Shown: positions 45,672-59,254, counted from the first letter of the stretch. The stretch is DNA of 64,000 bases from Candidatus Multivorans sp. (GCA_965247095.1 OZ251997.1:3328001-3392000); one strand, 5' to 3'. Made by a program: numbers and translations. The notes: a model not told the origin generated them from the letters alone.

Positions 45672-48600
45672 ATGCGACAATCCAGAAGCGCCGTCCAGCG
45701 TAGACCTGCTCACCTTCCCGCGGACCGAAGGGGCTTCGGCGCGGGCTCGCGATCGGGCTTCCTGGTCGCCCTTACGGCCGCGTCGATCAGCCTGCTGACG
45801 ATGGGAGTTGAGGCGGCGCAAGGACAGCGCCTGCTGAGCCTGGGCTCTGAACCGGCGGAACCTCCAGTCGCCGAGGCCGCACGCATCGACCCGGTCGCGG
45901 GGCCCGTGACGGTGCAGGTCGATCTCGATCTGGTCCGTTCGGCGCCGTCTCGGCTGGAACTGCCGACTTCAGACGGTCGGGTGCTCGTCGCGGAGCGGAG
46001 CGTCTTCGAGGATCGCGGCAACGGCAACGTGATGTGGGCGGGCAGCTTTCCTGGAGCGGGCTACGAGAGCGTCGTCCTGACGGTGGAGGACGGTAGCTTT
46101 GTGGGGCGGTTCGGCGAACCGGGAGGCGCCAAGTTCCGAATCAGCGCGGATCCGTCAGGTCGCGGCAGGATGGTCGACACCGCGCGCACCGGGTGACGCC
46201 CCGGAGACCTTCTGTCCGGTCGGTCTGGAGCCCGACAGTCTGTCGCGGGTCGGCCCGGTAGAGCCGCGGCGCGTCGACCTGCAGCAGCGGGTGGCGAGTC
46301 CCCAAAGCCACGACCGGCTGGACATCCTGGTGCTTTACACGGCGCAGGCGGCGCGGAACTGGGCGAACCGCGGCGGCGCCGTGGCCTCGATCCGGAACGC
46401 CGGCGACTATCTCAACCTGGTGCTCCGTAACGGCCAGTTGGGAGTCGAAGCGAACATCGTCCACGTCGCCAGAGCGCCCGCTGCTCTCGAGGCCGTGGCC
46501 AGAGATGGTGTTGGCCCGTACGGCGGCAACCTGCTCACGCAACTGCGCTGGAACGGCGACGTCCTTCAACTACGAAGGCAGCACGATGCCGACCTGGTCC
46601 ATCTGTTCACGGGCGAGAGCACGAGACTGCTCCAGTTTTGCGGTTTCGCCTCCTTGCTGCCCCGCGACTGGACGGCTGACCGGTTCTCGCCCTTCGCTCA
46701 CGGCTGGACCACGAACGACTGTTCCGGCGACGATCTAATCTTCGCCCACGAGATCGGCCACGGATTGGGCGCCAACCACGACCCTCCGAATGCCACTCAG
46801 ACTCAGATTGAGCAGGCCGTAACGCCGTACGCATTCGGCCACGCCAACCAAGATCACATACCGAACGTCGGAACGCTCATGAGCTACCGCGGCCAGACGG
46901 AGCCGTACTTCTCGTCCGTGCGGATCAGGCCCAGGCGACGGACGATCGGCGTCGCTGGCGAGCAGGAGAACGAGCGCGCGCTTCGCAGCACCGTGAAGAT
47001 CGGCGTAGGCTACAGCGACGCGATACAGCCGCCGTCGGAGGACGCCCCCGCCGCGCCGACGAACGTTCGCGTCGAGGTAACCGGGGCGACATCAGCTCGC
47101 GTCAGTTGGGACGACAACTCGGACGATGAAGAGGGCTTTCGAGTCTGGGTTGCAGCAGCAGGGTGAACCGATCGCGGTCGGGCGATTGGTTGGCGCCGAC
47201 CAGGAGTCTTTCGAAGTCGATGACCTCGAGCTTGGCTTCAACTTCTTCTGGGTGACTTCGCACATCGGCAGCGCCCGTTCCTGGAGAACCAGCTTCGTGG
47301 ATGCCGTCGTGCCTGGGGCCGAGCCGGCCGCGCCGACGGATTTGAGCGTCACATCGTTCGGAAGCTTCGCGATCGTGACGTGGACCGACAACTCGGACGA
47401 CGAGACCGGCTTCGAAGTCCAGGTTCTGCGCGGGGGCGAACTCTGGTTCCGGGACGCCCTCCCCGCCGGTCAACGGTTCGCCATCGTCACGGGCCTTGAG
47501 CCAGGCGTTCGCTACGTCTATCGGGTGTCCGCGTACGGTAGTGGCGGCTTGTCCTGGAGCGAGAACGTGGCCGTGGTGTCGCCGGAGCGTAGCGGGCCCG
47601 CGCCACCCACGAATCTCCGCGCGACCCTGACCGACGCCACCTCGGTTCGCCTGACCTGGACCGACAACTCGGCCGACGAGGTCGGTTTTCAGGTTCGGGC
47701 CGCCGTCTGGGGTTGGTCCGAGTTCTTCCCGGTTGACGCCGACACGGAATCCATCGAGATTCCCGGGCTGGCCCGAGGCGGTCGCTATTTCTTCAGCGTG
47801 GTGGCCGAGGACGCCGAGGGACTCACCGGGTTGAGTGACACCCTGATCGTCCCGCTCGGTGTGGGCGGCCGGGGACCGCGGGCGCCGAGGCGTCTTCGAG
47901 CGACACCGATCGACCCGGTCTCCGCGCGACTGACGTGGGAGGACGACTCGACGGACGAACTGGGCTTCGAGATCCAGGTCCGGCAGTTCGGCGACTGGGG
48001 GCGAACCGCCCTGGTCGGTGCCAACGAGGAGGCCTTTCTGCTGAGAGGCCTGACGCCCGGGAGCGTCGACGACTACCGCGTCTTCGCGTACAACGACACC
48101 GGATTCTCCGGTGCCAGCAACTCCGTGACCGTGAAACTACGCGGGGGCACCGTCCCCACGGAGTTCACGGCGGCGCCATCGGGCGCCTCTGCAATCGACC
48201 TGAAGTGGTCCGGGAGGTGGGCCCAGAGGTCGCTTGGCCTTGTCTCGGTCGAGGGGCGCAACCCCGAATCCGGCTGGGTTGAACTGGTGACAGCCGAAGC
48301 CGCGGCCGGTTCGGTTCAGGTCACCGGTCTGATGACCGACACCCCCTACACTTTCCGTCTCGCAGCGTTGGCCGGCGGCTCACGGTCGTTCTCCGAGGAA
48401 GCCAGCGCGACCACGGGCGCCTACCGCGACGCCTGCCGTACAGGCGGGCAGTACCTGTGCCTGCGGGATGGCCGCTTCGAGGTGCAGGCGCACTGGACGA
48501 ACCCGGACATAGTGGGTGACTACGGCTTCGGCACCGGGGTTCCCATCGACTTTTCCGACGAATCGGGTCTGTTCTGGTTCTTCGAGCCGAACAACGTGGA

Positions 48601-49264
48601 ACTGGTCATCAAGGTTCTCGACGGCCGCGCGCTCAACGGCAACTACTGGGTCTTCTTCGGCGCCCTTTCGGACGTGGAGTACTGGGTCACGGTGGAAGAC
48701 ACACAGGGCCAGCAACGGCTCACGTACCACAACCCGCCCAAGGAAATCTGTGGGCAGAGCGACATCGCGGCCTTCTCAGGCGGCGGCTTGGCGGCGAGCC
48801 CTGCCTCGCCGGCCGGGGTTCCGGCCCAACCCGGGATCGACCTGGTGAAACTGAAAGCGGTGGCGCTGCCCGCGACGCGCATCGGCCGACCGCAGGAGAC
48901 GGGCGGGCAGTGCGAGCCGGGCCAGGAGCTGCTCTGCCTGCTCGACAATCGCTTTGCGGTCGAGGTCAGTCTCGTCGATCCCAACGTCGAGCCTCCGCTC
49001 GACCCCACAAAGATCGCCAAGGTCGCGCCTTCTCTGACCACGGCCAACACCGGATTCTTCTGGTTCTTCAACCCGGAGAACATCGAGCTGGCGGTGAAGG
49101 TGCTCGATGGACGGGCGATCAACGGCAGCTTCTGGGTCCTGTACGGCGGTCTCTCGGACGTGGAGTACAAGATGACGGTCGAGGACACGGTCACGGGTTC
49201 AGCGGCCGGGTACGCCAACAAGAAGGGGAGTATCTGCGGGCACGTCGATACCGAGCCCTTCTGA
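45672..49264 (+). pseudogene. Large secreted reprolysin-like (M12) zinc metalloprotease with FN3 repeats and two C-terminal repeat domains, split by two +1 frameshifts
   Basis: Three overlapping ORFs (45672-46196, 46099-47166, 47126-49264); HEIGHGLGANH zinc motif, Met-turn TLMSY, repeated W[TED]D[ND]SxDExGF FN3 motifs. Confidence 0.8.
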
Positions 49265-49318
49265 TCCCCGCAGCCGCCCTTTCGGCCGCCTTCGGCGTGT
49301 TACGCTGCGCCGACTCCG

Positions 49319-50899
49319 ATGCTCCCCGTTCGCCGCGCACTGGTCTCGGTCTTCGACAAGGCGGGCCTTGAGGGACTTGGTTCGGGACTGGCGAAGCTGG
49401 GCGTCGAGATCATCTCGACCGGCGGCACGGCGCGGCAGCTCACCGAGCACGGTGTAGCCGTCACCGCGGTGTCCGATGTGACCGGCCACCCCGAGATCCT
49501 CCATGGGCGGGTCAAGAGTCTGCACCCCCGGATCTTCGGCGGCATCCTCGCCGACCGGCGGCGGCCGGAACATCGGGCGGAGCTGGAGCAGCATGAGATC
49601 CCGCCGATCGATCTGGTGGCCGTGAACCTGTACGCCTTCGCCGCCGCGGCCGCGGCCCCGGATGCGACTCTGGACGGCACGGTGGAGATGATCGACATCG
49701 GCGGCCCCAGCATGGTCCGTGCCGCGGCCAAGAACTTCGCCAACGTGGCGGTCGTCGTGGACCCGGCGGACTACCCGAGGATCCTCGAAGCGCTCCAGGC
49801 CGAGGGCGGCCTGCCCGAAGAGTTCCGGCGCGAACTGGCGCTCAAGGCGTTCCGGCACACCCAGAGCTACGACGCCGCGATCGCCGACTGGCTGGAAGGC
49901 GGCGCGGCGGAGGCGGCCGAGGCGGCCGAGGACGAGTCCCGTTCGTTGCCGGAATCCGTCCGGCTGGAACTCGAGCAGGTCCTGGCGCCGCGCTACGGGG
50001 AAAACCCGCACCAGGGAGCGGCGGTTTACAGGGAGGTGCGCGGCGCCGGCGTTCTGGGCGGTTTCCGGCAACTCCAGGGCCGGGAACTCTCCTGGAACAA
50101 CATGCTCGATGCGGACGCCGCGCGAAAGCTGTCGGCCCTGTTCGGCGCTCCGGACGACGCTCCGGCAGTGGTCATCGTCAAGCACAACAATCCGTGCGGC
50201 GTAGGTACGGGCGCGTCGCTCGTGGAAGCCTACGAGCGGGCCCTGGCCTGCGATCCGGTTTCCGCGTTCGGCTCGATCATCGCCGTCAACCGGCCCTTCA
50301 CGGGGGCCTTGGCAGAGGCCGTGGCGAAGCTCTTCGTCGAGGTCATTGTGGCGCCCTCCTTTGAGCCGGCCGCACTGGAGCGGCTGGGCCGAAAGAAGAA
50401 CCTCCGCCTGCTTGAGTGTCCGCCCTTCTCTGCTTCGGACGGCGCCTACGAGCTGCGAGCCGTCGACGGCGGTTTCATCGCCCAACACCTCGATAGCGCT
50501 CCGGAAGACCCGCGGGAGTGGACCTGTCCCACCCGGGCGCAGCCCGACGAGGCGCAACTGCGGGCGCTCGACTTCGCCTGGCGGGTGTGCCGGGCGACGA
50601 AGTCGAACGCGATCGTGGTCACCAACGAACACCAGACGGTCGGCATCGGCGCCGGCCAGATGAGTCGGGTCGATTCCTGCCGCATCGCGCTCGACAAGGC
50701 GCAACTCTCCGTTGCCGGCACGGTGGCCGCCTCGGACGCCTTCTTCCCCTTCCGCGACGGTGTCGACACCCTGGCCGAGGCCGGAGTGGCCGCGATCGTC
50801 CAGCCCGGCGGCTCCGTCCGCGACGACGAGGTGATCGCGGCTGCCGACGAGCACGGCATCGTCATGCTCCTGACCGGTCGCCGCCACTTCAAGCACTAA
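49319..50899 (+). CDS. purH: Bifunctional AICAR transformylase/IMP cyclohydrolase
   Basis: RALVSVFDK, STGGT, GRVKSLHP, IDIGGPSMVRAAAKN, RYGENPHQ, ASDAFFPF, RHFKH. Confidence 0.97.
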   Translation: MLPVRRALVSVFDKAGLEGLGSGLAKLGVEIISTGGTARQLTEHGVAVTAVSDVTGHPEILHGRVKSLHPRIFGGILADRRRPEHRAELEQHEIPPIDLVAVNLYAFAAAAAAPDATLDGTVEMIDIGGPSMVRAAAKNFANVAVVVDPADYPRILEALQAEGGLPEEFRRELALKAFRHTQSYDAAIADWLEGGAAEAAEAAEDESRSLPESVRLELEQVLAPRYGENPHQGAAVYREVRGAGVLGGFRQLQGRELSWNNMLDADAARKLSALFGAPDDAPAVVIVKHNNPCGVGTGASLVEAYERALACDPVSAFGSIIAVNRPFTGALAEAVAKLFVEVIVAPSFEPAALERLGRKKNLRLLECPPFSASDGAYELRAVDGGFIAQHLDSAPEDPREWTCPTRAQPDEAQLRALDFAWRVCRATKSNAIVVTNEHQTVGIGAGQMSRVDSCRIALDKAQLSVAGTVAASDAFFPFRDGVDTLAEAGVAAIVQPGGSVRDDEVIAAADEHGIVMLLTGRRHFKH

Positions 50900-51543
50900 T
50901 GGGGCCCGCGCGTACGGTGGCCTTGGCGCCCGTCCTTGCAGCGGTCTGCCTGCTCTCTGCCGGCGGTGCGGTGGCCGACGATCCGTGGCTCGTTCTCGAC
51001 GACTTCCGGCGCTCGCTCGAAGCCTCGGGACCGCTCTCGGCGGGCTTCGTGCAGACCTTTGTGCCCTACGGATTCGATCCGGAGGACGGCGAGACGGAGC
51101 GGGGCAACCTCGCCGTCGCCCTGCCGGGCTGCCTGCGCTGGGACTACTCGCCCCCCTTCGAGAAGGCCTTCCTGCTGTGCGACCGGACGGTGTACCACTG
51201 GAACCCCGGCGAGTCGGTCGGTCAGCGCTATGACCTGTCGGAGGAGCTGGCCCCGGGGCTCGACTTCTTCCTCCTCACCACCGACGATCTCCGGCGCCGG
51301 TACGAGGCGGAGCTCGACCCGGCGCCCGGGAAACGCCTGCGCCTGGTTCTGCGCCCGCTCGAACCGAGCGAAGACGTCGCCCTTGTGCAGGTTGTGATCG
51401 ACCGCGAAGAGCAACGTCTGCGCGAACTGACCTACTACGACGCCCAGCGCAACGAGAACCGCTTCATCGTCGGCGACTACCGCAGCGGAGCAGCCCCCGG
51501 CCGCTTCGAACCGCCCCCCGGAATCGAGTGGGAGGAACCCTAG
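50899..51543 (+). CDS. lolA: Outer-membrane lipoprotein carrier protein LolA-like
   Basis: Signal peptide, AGFVQT, G...PGCLRWDY..P, ends FEPPPGIE; ATG overlaps the purH stop. Confidence 0.7.
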   Translation: MGPARTVALAPVLAAVCLLSAGGAVADDPWLVLDDFRRSLEASGPLSAGFVQTFVPYGFDPEDGETERGNLAVALPGCLRWDYSPPFEKAFLLCDRTVYHWNPGESVGQRYDLSEELAPGLDFFLLTTDDLRRRYEAELDPAPGKRLRLVLRPLEPSEDVALVQVVIDREEQRLRELTYYDAQRNENRFIVGDYRSGAAPGRFEPPPGIEWEEP

Positions 51544-51566
51544 GAGCTCCGCGCCGCCGGGCAGCT

Positions 51567-52514
51567 CTAGCTCCGCGCCCTCGCCGCCCGGAGCTCCCTC
51601 ACCCCGTACACCACCACGGTGTCGAAGGTGCGCGAAGCCGAGTCCCTCCAGGCCGGCCTGCCGGCGGTCAGCACCAGTGCCCGCCGTTGACACTCCCCCG
51701 CGTGACACAACCGAAGGTGCCGGTGGGAGGTCCCGTCCTCCGGTCGGAACTCGAGTTCGAGCACCCCGGTGACCTCGCGGCCGAAGTCCACGCGGAAGGA
51801 CGACTGCTCTCCGGGCGCGATCTCAAGGCCGGGGGACGAGGACACGCGGACGATGCGATGCGGCCCTGCGGCCCGCCAGATCGGCGCCGGCTTCGCCAGT
51901 GCGCCCCGGGCCACCCGGCCCCACCGGCCGACAGGAGGCCGCCCCCATGCGCGGACGGTCCCCAGTTGGGCGGCGTCCACGCCATGCGCGTCTCCCTTCG
52001 CCAGGCGCGGATCCCAGACGTCGAGGAACCGCCAGTTGCGGTCGGTCACGACCGCCATCGAGCCGTCGTCGAGTTCGATGCCCGCGAGCGCGCCGCCGTC
52101 GCCGTACGGAGTGCGCGCCTCGATCGTCAAGCGGTTGGGGCCGGCGCGCAGCAGGTGCGCGACCTGGAACTCGTCGATGGGCTCGCCGCGCCGGAAACCG
52201 CCGCGCGCGATCTGGTGGCCGTTCAGGTGAACCGCGTACTCCCGGTCGGCGGTGACGAAGAGGCGCGCCGCCGCCTCCGGCGCCTCCTCCAGCTCGAAGT
52301 CGGCCAGCAGCAGATAGGCCGCCGGCCGGCCGGGTTCCGAGTCCGCCGCCTCCGGCCAGATCCACTCCGCCGCGCCGGTCGGCGGCGAGGAGTCGCCGCA
52401 GCCCGCCAGCAGGCTTCCCGTGAGCAGGGCGGCGGCGAGCAGGCCCTTCCGGGCGCCGGAAACCGGGCGCCCCTGCCCCCACCAGCCTCTGACCGATCGA
52501 CGCGTCACATGCAC
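51567..52514 (-). CDS. Hypothetical lipoprotein resembling alpha-L-rhamnosidase N-terminal domains
   Basis: LLAGC lipobox, AEWIW, TADREYAVHLNG, LRAGPNRL, VDFGREVTG. Confidence 0.6.
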   Translation of the reverse strand: MHVTRRSVRGWWGQGRPVSGARKGLLAAALLTGSLLAGCGDSSPPTGAAEWIWPEAADSEPGRPAAYLLLADFELEEAPEAAARLFVTADREYAVHLNGHQIARGGFRRGEPIDEFQVAHLLRAGPNRLTIEARTPYGDGGALAGIELDDGSMAVVTDRNWRFLDVWDPRLAKGDAHGVDAAQLGTVRAWGRPPVGRWGRVARGALAKPAPIWRAAGPHRIVRVSSSPGLEIAPGEQSSFRVDFGREVTGVLELEFRPEDGTSHRHLRLCHAGECQRRALVLTAGRPAWRDSASRTFDTVVVYGVRELRAARARS

Positions 52515-52609
52515 GCCGCGAGCGTATCGGCCCAGAGGGAAACCGGTTGGACGGGGGCGACGGTGACAGGAGGTTTGACCGGCGGCGCGCCGCGCGGGTA
52601 GGGTCGTGT

Positions 52610-55101
<2,492 letters not shown>

Positions 55102-55108
55102 GTACGCG

Positions 55109-55948
55109 GTGACGGCTGACGGCTTCGAACTCGCGCCGGGAATCGCGCTCGGTCGCGGCGGCCTGCCCGTGATTGCCGGCCCGTGCGTGATCGAGGGCCG
55201 CGACTGGCTCGTGGGTGTGGGCCAGCAGCTCCAGGCGATGAGCCATCGCCTCGGGCTGCCGCTGATCTTCAAATCCTCGTTCGACAAGGCGAACCGCAGC
55301 TCGGGCGACAGCTTCCGGGGACCGGGGCTGACCGAAGGGCTGGCGGCGCTGGCCGAGGTCAAGGCGGCGACCGGACTTCCGGTGTTGACCGATGTCCACG
55401 AACCGCACCAGTGCGGGCCGGCGGCCGAAGTCTGCGATGTGCTCCAGATCCCCGCCTTCCTCTGCCGCCAGACCGACCTGGTGGTGGAGGCTGCCGCCAC
55501 CGGCAGAGCCCTCCTGATCAAGAAGGGCCAGTTCATGGCCCCGGCCGAGATGGTGCGGGTGGTCGACAAGGCGCGCGGCACAGGCAACGCCAGGATCGCG
55601 GTGACCGAGCGCGGCAACTCCTTCGGGTACCACAACCTCGTCGTCGACATGCGCGGTTTCTCGATCCTCGCCGAGCATCGGATCGCCGTCCTCTACGACG
55701 TCACGCACTCGCTGCAACTGCCCGGCGCCCGCGAGAAGGAGAGCGGCGGCGACCGCCGGTTTGCGGAGCCGCTGACCCGCGCCGCGATTGCCGCCGGCGC
55801 CGCCGGCCTCTATCTCGAGGTGCACCCGGATCCGGACTGCGCGCAGTGCGACCGGGAGACGCAGTTACCGCTGGCGCGCGCCGAGAACCTGCTCCTGTCG
55901 GCGCTCGAGATTCACCGCTCGCGCGTCGCCGAGGGGCCCTGGGTCTAG
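55109..55948 (+). CDS. kdsA: Kdo-8-phosphate synthase
   Basis: IAGPCVIE, FKSSFDKANRSS, QIPAFLCRQTDL, ERGNSFGY, EVHPDP. Confidence 0.96.
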   Translation: MTADGFELAPGIALGRGGLPVIAGPCVIEGRDWLVGVGQQLQAMSHRLGLPLIFKSSFDKANRSSGDSFRGPGLTEGLAALAEVKAATGLPVLTDVHEPHQCGPAAEVCDVLQIPAFLCRQTDLVVEAAATGRALLIKKGQFMAPAEMVRVVDKARGTGNARIAVTERGNSFGYHNLVVDMRGFSILAEHRIAVLYDVTHSLQLPGAREKESGGDRRFAEPLTRAAIAAGAAGLYLEVHPDPDCAQCDRETQLPLARAENLLLSALEIHRSRVAEGPWV

Positions 55949-55954
55949 CAGTCC

Positions 55955-56983
55955 GTGGCGAAAGTGGCCGAACTCGCGACAACAGCGACCGCCGAATCGG
56001 AGCGCAGCCTGGAGATAGCCCGAGCCGTGCTCGAGATCGAAGCGGCGGCGATCCGCGGCTTGATCGGGCAACTCGGGGACTCCTTCGCGGAGGCGGTGTA
56101 CCGCATGCGCGATTGCCGGGGACGGGTGGTCTGCACCGGCATGGGCAAGAGCGGCCACGTGATGAAGAAGGTGGCGGCCACCCTGGCTTCCACCGGCACC
56201 CCGGCCCTGTTCATCCACCCGGCCGAGGCGATCCACGGCGACCTGGGCATGATCGTGCCCGGCGACGTGGTCCTGGCCGCCTCGTCGTCCGGCGGCACCG
56301 AAGAGCTGCTGCGGATGATGGACGTGCTGCATCGCCGCGGCGTGCCCCTGATCGCCATCACCGGAGGTGCGAAGAGCCCGATCGCCGAACGCGCCGACCT
56401 CCACCTGTCGGCGGCGATCGACCAGGAGGCATGTCCCCTCAACCTCGCGCCGACGGCATCGACGACGGCCACCCTGGCCCTGGGCGACGCTCTCGCCATG
56501 GCGCTGCTCGAGGCGCGCGGGTTCACGCTCGAGGACTTCGCCACGCTTCATCCGGGCGGCGAGCTCGGCCGGCGGTTGATGACGGTGGATCAGGTCATGC
56601 ACGGCGACGCCGCCGTGCCCCGGGTCGGGCTTCAGGCTTCGATGCGGGAGGCGCTGTTCGAGATGACCGAGAAGTCGTTCGGCATCACCGCCATCGTCGA
56701 CGACGCCGGGGGTCTCTGCGGCGTGATCTCGGACGGCGATCTGCGGCGCCTGCTGAACACGGACCCGGCCGCGGGCGGGTCCGCCGGCGGCGCCTTCCTC
56801 GACCGCGCGGTCTGCAACTACATGACGCCCGAACCGAAGACGATCCAGGCTGACACCCTGGTCACGGTCGCCCTCGAGGCGATGGAGAGGCACCGGATCA
56901 CGTCCCTGTTCATCTGTCACGGCGACGGCCGCCTGCGCGGCCTCGTCCACATCCACGATCTCTGGGGTCTGCGCCGCCGGTAA
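55955..56983 (+). CDS. kdsD: Arabinose-5-phosphate isomerase (KpsF/GutQ family)
   Basis: GMGKSG, HPAEAIHGDLG, EACPLNLAPTAST, HPGGELG, tandem CBS domains. Confidence 0.94.
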   Translation: MAKVAELATTATAESERSLEIARAVLEIEAAAIRGLIGQLGDSFAEAVYRMRDCRGRVVCTGMGKSGHVMKKVAATLASTGTPALFIHPAEAIHGDLGMIVPGDVVLAASSSGGTEELLRMMDVLHRRGVPLIAITGGAKSPIAERADLHLSAAIDQEACPLNLAPTASTTATLALGDALAMALLEARGFTLEDFATLHPGGELGRRLMTVDQVMHGDAAVPRVGLQASMREALFEMTEKSFGITAIVDDAGGLCGVISDGDLRRLLNTDPAAGGSAGGAFLDRAVCNYMTPEPKTIQADTLVTVALEAMERHRITSLFICHGDGRLRGLVHIHDLWGLRRR

Positions 56984-56991
56984 CCGGGGCT

Positions 56992-57492
56992 GTGTCTTCC
57001 ATGCTCTCCTCGATCATCCTGCGGCTCCGCTTCCTGCTCTTCGATGTCGACGGCGTGCTCACCGACGGCCGGCTCTTCTACGTCGGGGACGAGGTGGCGG
57101 TGGCGTTCGACGTCAAGGACGGTCTGGCAGTGCGGCGAGCGCGCGAGGCGGGTCTGGGGATGGGTATCCTGAGCGCCAGAGACTCCGCCGCGGTCGCGCG
57201 CCGCGCCGCCGACCTGGGCTTCGACGAGGTCCTTCTGGGCTGCCGGGACAAGGCGGCGGCCTTCGCGGACCTGCTGGAGCGTCGGGCGCTCGACCCCTCC
57301 GAAGTGGCCTACGTCGGCGACGACCTGGTCGATCTGCCCGTGCTCCGCCGCGCGGGCCTGTCCGTCGCCCCGGCCGACGCGGTGCCCGAAGTGCGCGACA
57401 ACGTCGACCTGGTGCTCAACGCCCGCGGCGGCCGCGGCGTGGCCCGGGAACTGGTGGAGCGGATCGTCGAGGCGCTGGGACCGGTCTCCTAA
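56992..57492 (+). CDS. kdsC: Kdo-8-phosphate phosphatase
   Basis: FDVDGVLTDG, FDVKDG, YVGDDLVDLP, GGRGVARE. Confidence 0.94.
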   Translation: MSSMLSSIILRLRFLLFDVDGVLTDGRLFYVGDEVAVAFDVKDGLAVRRAREAGLGMGILSARDSAAVARRAADLGFDEVLLGCRDKAAAFADLLERRALDPSEVAYVGDDLVDLPVLRRAGLSVAPADAVPEVRDNVDLVLNARGGRGVARELVERIVEALGPVS

Positions 57493-57496
57493 CTAG

Positions 57497-59250
57497 TGTC
57501 CGCCAGAAAACCCAGCAAGCCATTGAGTTTGCAGGTCTTTGCGAGGATTCTGTAACGGGAAGATAGTGGTCATCGGTTAGCCTTTTGGGCGAAGTCGGCC
57601 AGTTATGGGTCCGTTTCGGGTGATCTTCGGGGAGGTGGGCGATGCGGGAGGTGCAAAGTCGGCAGTTCAAGGTCGGCCAAGTGCCGATCGGGGAGATTTG
57701 GATCGACCCAAAGTCTCGGGACGACATCCCGGCGGTGTTGAAGGGTCTTCAGCACCTCTGGTGCGACGAGGAGTTGCGTGGTCGTCTGTTCGATCTCCTG
57801 GACGAGCACGTGTTGCCGGGGACCGACCGGAAGGTTGGTCGTCCAGGCATGGAGTTGTGGCGGATTCTGGTGTTGGGGGTGCTGCAGCAGGGTCTGGGCT
57901 GCGACTTCGACCGGCTTCAGGAGTTGGCCAACCAGCACGCGACCGTGCGCGCGTTCCTGGGTCACGGTGAGTTCGGCGACAAGAGCTACTACGAGTACCA
58001 GACGGTGGCGGACAACGTGTGTCTGTTGACGCCGGCGCTATTGTCCGAGGTGGGCAGATTGGTGGTGGAAAGCGGCCATGCGGTCGCGCGAAAAAAGCCT
58101 GGCGAGCCGTTGCGCGGGCGGTGTGACTCGTTCGTGGTCGAGACGGACGTGCATTACCCGACGGACGTGAATCTGCTGTGGGATGCGATGCGGCGCCTTG
58201 TGCGGGAGACCGGTCGATCGGCAGGGAGGCACGGCATCGGTGGCTGGCGTCAGTGGCGGCATCAGTCGAGGTTGGTGCGCAGGCTGTTCCACAAGGTACG
58301 TGGGACGCGCCGGGCGAAGCGGTTTCCGGCCCGTGTGAGGGCGTACTTGGCGCAGTGCGGCGAGCTGGTGGCGCGGGCGACAACCACTGTCGAGGCGCTG
58401 CGGGCTGCGGGGTGTGAAGCGGCCTGTGAATCGATCGAGGGCTTCATCGGCCATGCTCGGCGTCAGATCGACCAGGTCGAGCGCCGGCTGCTTCTGGGCG
58501 AGACGATTCCTCATCGGGAGAAGGTCTTCTCGATCTTCGAGCCGCACACGCGATGGGTCTCGAAGGGCAAGGCGGGCACGCCGGTGGAGCTCGGAGTCCC
58601 GGTGGCGCTGATCGAGGACCAGTATCGGTTCATCCTTCACCACGAGGTGCTGTGGCACGGCGAGGACGTCGATGCGGCAGTGCCGCTGGTGAGGGCGGCC
58701 CAGGAGCGGTTCCCGGACCTGCGGGCGTGCAGCTTCGACCGAGGTTTCCACAGTTCGGAGAACCGCATCCGGCTTGACCAGATTCTTGATCTCAACGTCC
58801 TGCCGAAGAAGGGGTATCTGTCTCGCGCCGATCGGGAGCGGGAGAACGGTGAAGCCTTCGCCGCCGCACGGCGTGCGCATCCGGCAGTCGAGTCGGCCAT
58901 CAACGCTCTGGAGCATCGCGGCCTCGACCGTGTCCGAAGCTGCGGCGCCGATGGCTTCGAGCGCACCGTCGCTCTCTCGGTGCTCGCGGCCAACCTGCAT
59001 CGCCTCGGCCGCTTGCTGCAGCAGCTCGAACGAAGACGCCAGCGGCGACGACGCGCCGCCTAACGGCGACGCCTTTCCGAAAACCGAATCAGCGCCGAGC
59101 ACCGGAGGCGCCGCCCTGCCCGACAAACCCTGATTGCGCCTCGTAAACACCAGAACCGCCCTCGCTCGCCACCGCGCGGCTCCGATCCCGCCAATCATGC
59201 GCCAATGAAACGACCCAGAACCCGAGAAAGACGGCGTTTTCTGGCGGACA
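57497..59250 (+). mobile_element. Insertion sequence (IS5-like/ISNCY type) with 15-bp perfect terminal inverted repeats and CTAG flanks
   Basis: TGTCCGCCAGAAAAC (57497-57511) and GTTTTCTGGCGGACA (59236-59250); CTAG at 57493-57496 and 59251-59254. Confidence 0.92.
57642..59063 (+). CDS. DDE transposase (ISNCY/IS5-like)
   Basis: RCDSFVVETDVHYPTD, KVFSIFEPHT, SFDRGF, VESAINALEHRGL; lies between the inverted repeats. Confidence 0.92.
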   Translation: MREVQSRQFKVGQVPIGEIWIDPKSRDDIPAVLKGLQHLWCDEELRGRLFDLLDEHVLPGTDRKVGRPGMELWRILVLGVLQQGLGCDFDRLQELANQHATVRAFLGHGEFGDKSYYEYQTVADNVCLLTPALLSEVGRLVVESGHAVARKKPGEPLRGRCDSFVVETDVHYPTDVNLLWDAMRRLVRETGRSAGRHGIGGWRQWRHQSRLVRRLFHKVRGTRRAKRFPARVRAYLAQCGELVARATTTVEALRAAGCEAACESIEGFIGHARRQIDQVERRLLLGETIPHREKVFSIFEPHTRWVSKGKAGTPVELGVPVALIEDQYRFILHHEVLWHGEDVDAAVPLVRAAQERFPDLRACSFDRGFHSSENRIRLDQILDLNVLPKKGYLSRADRERENGEAFAAARRAHPAVESAINALEHRGLDRVRSCGADGFERTVALSVLAANLHRLGRLLQQLERRRQRRRRAA

Positions 59251-59254
59251 CTAG

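Noticed and set aside
51544-51598. AGCTCCGCGCC/GGAGCTCC short repeats between convergent genes
   Set aside because: Only 2-3 short copies overlapping a gene end; at most a weak terminator-like hairpin.
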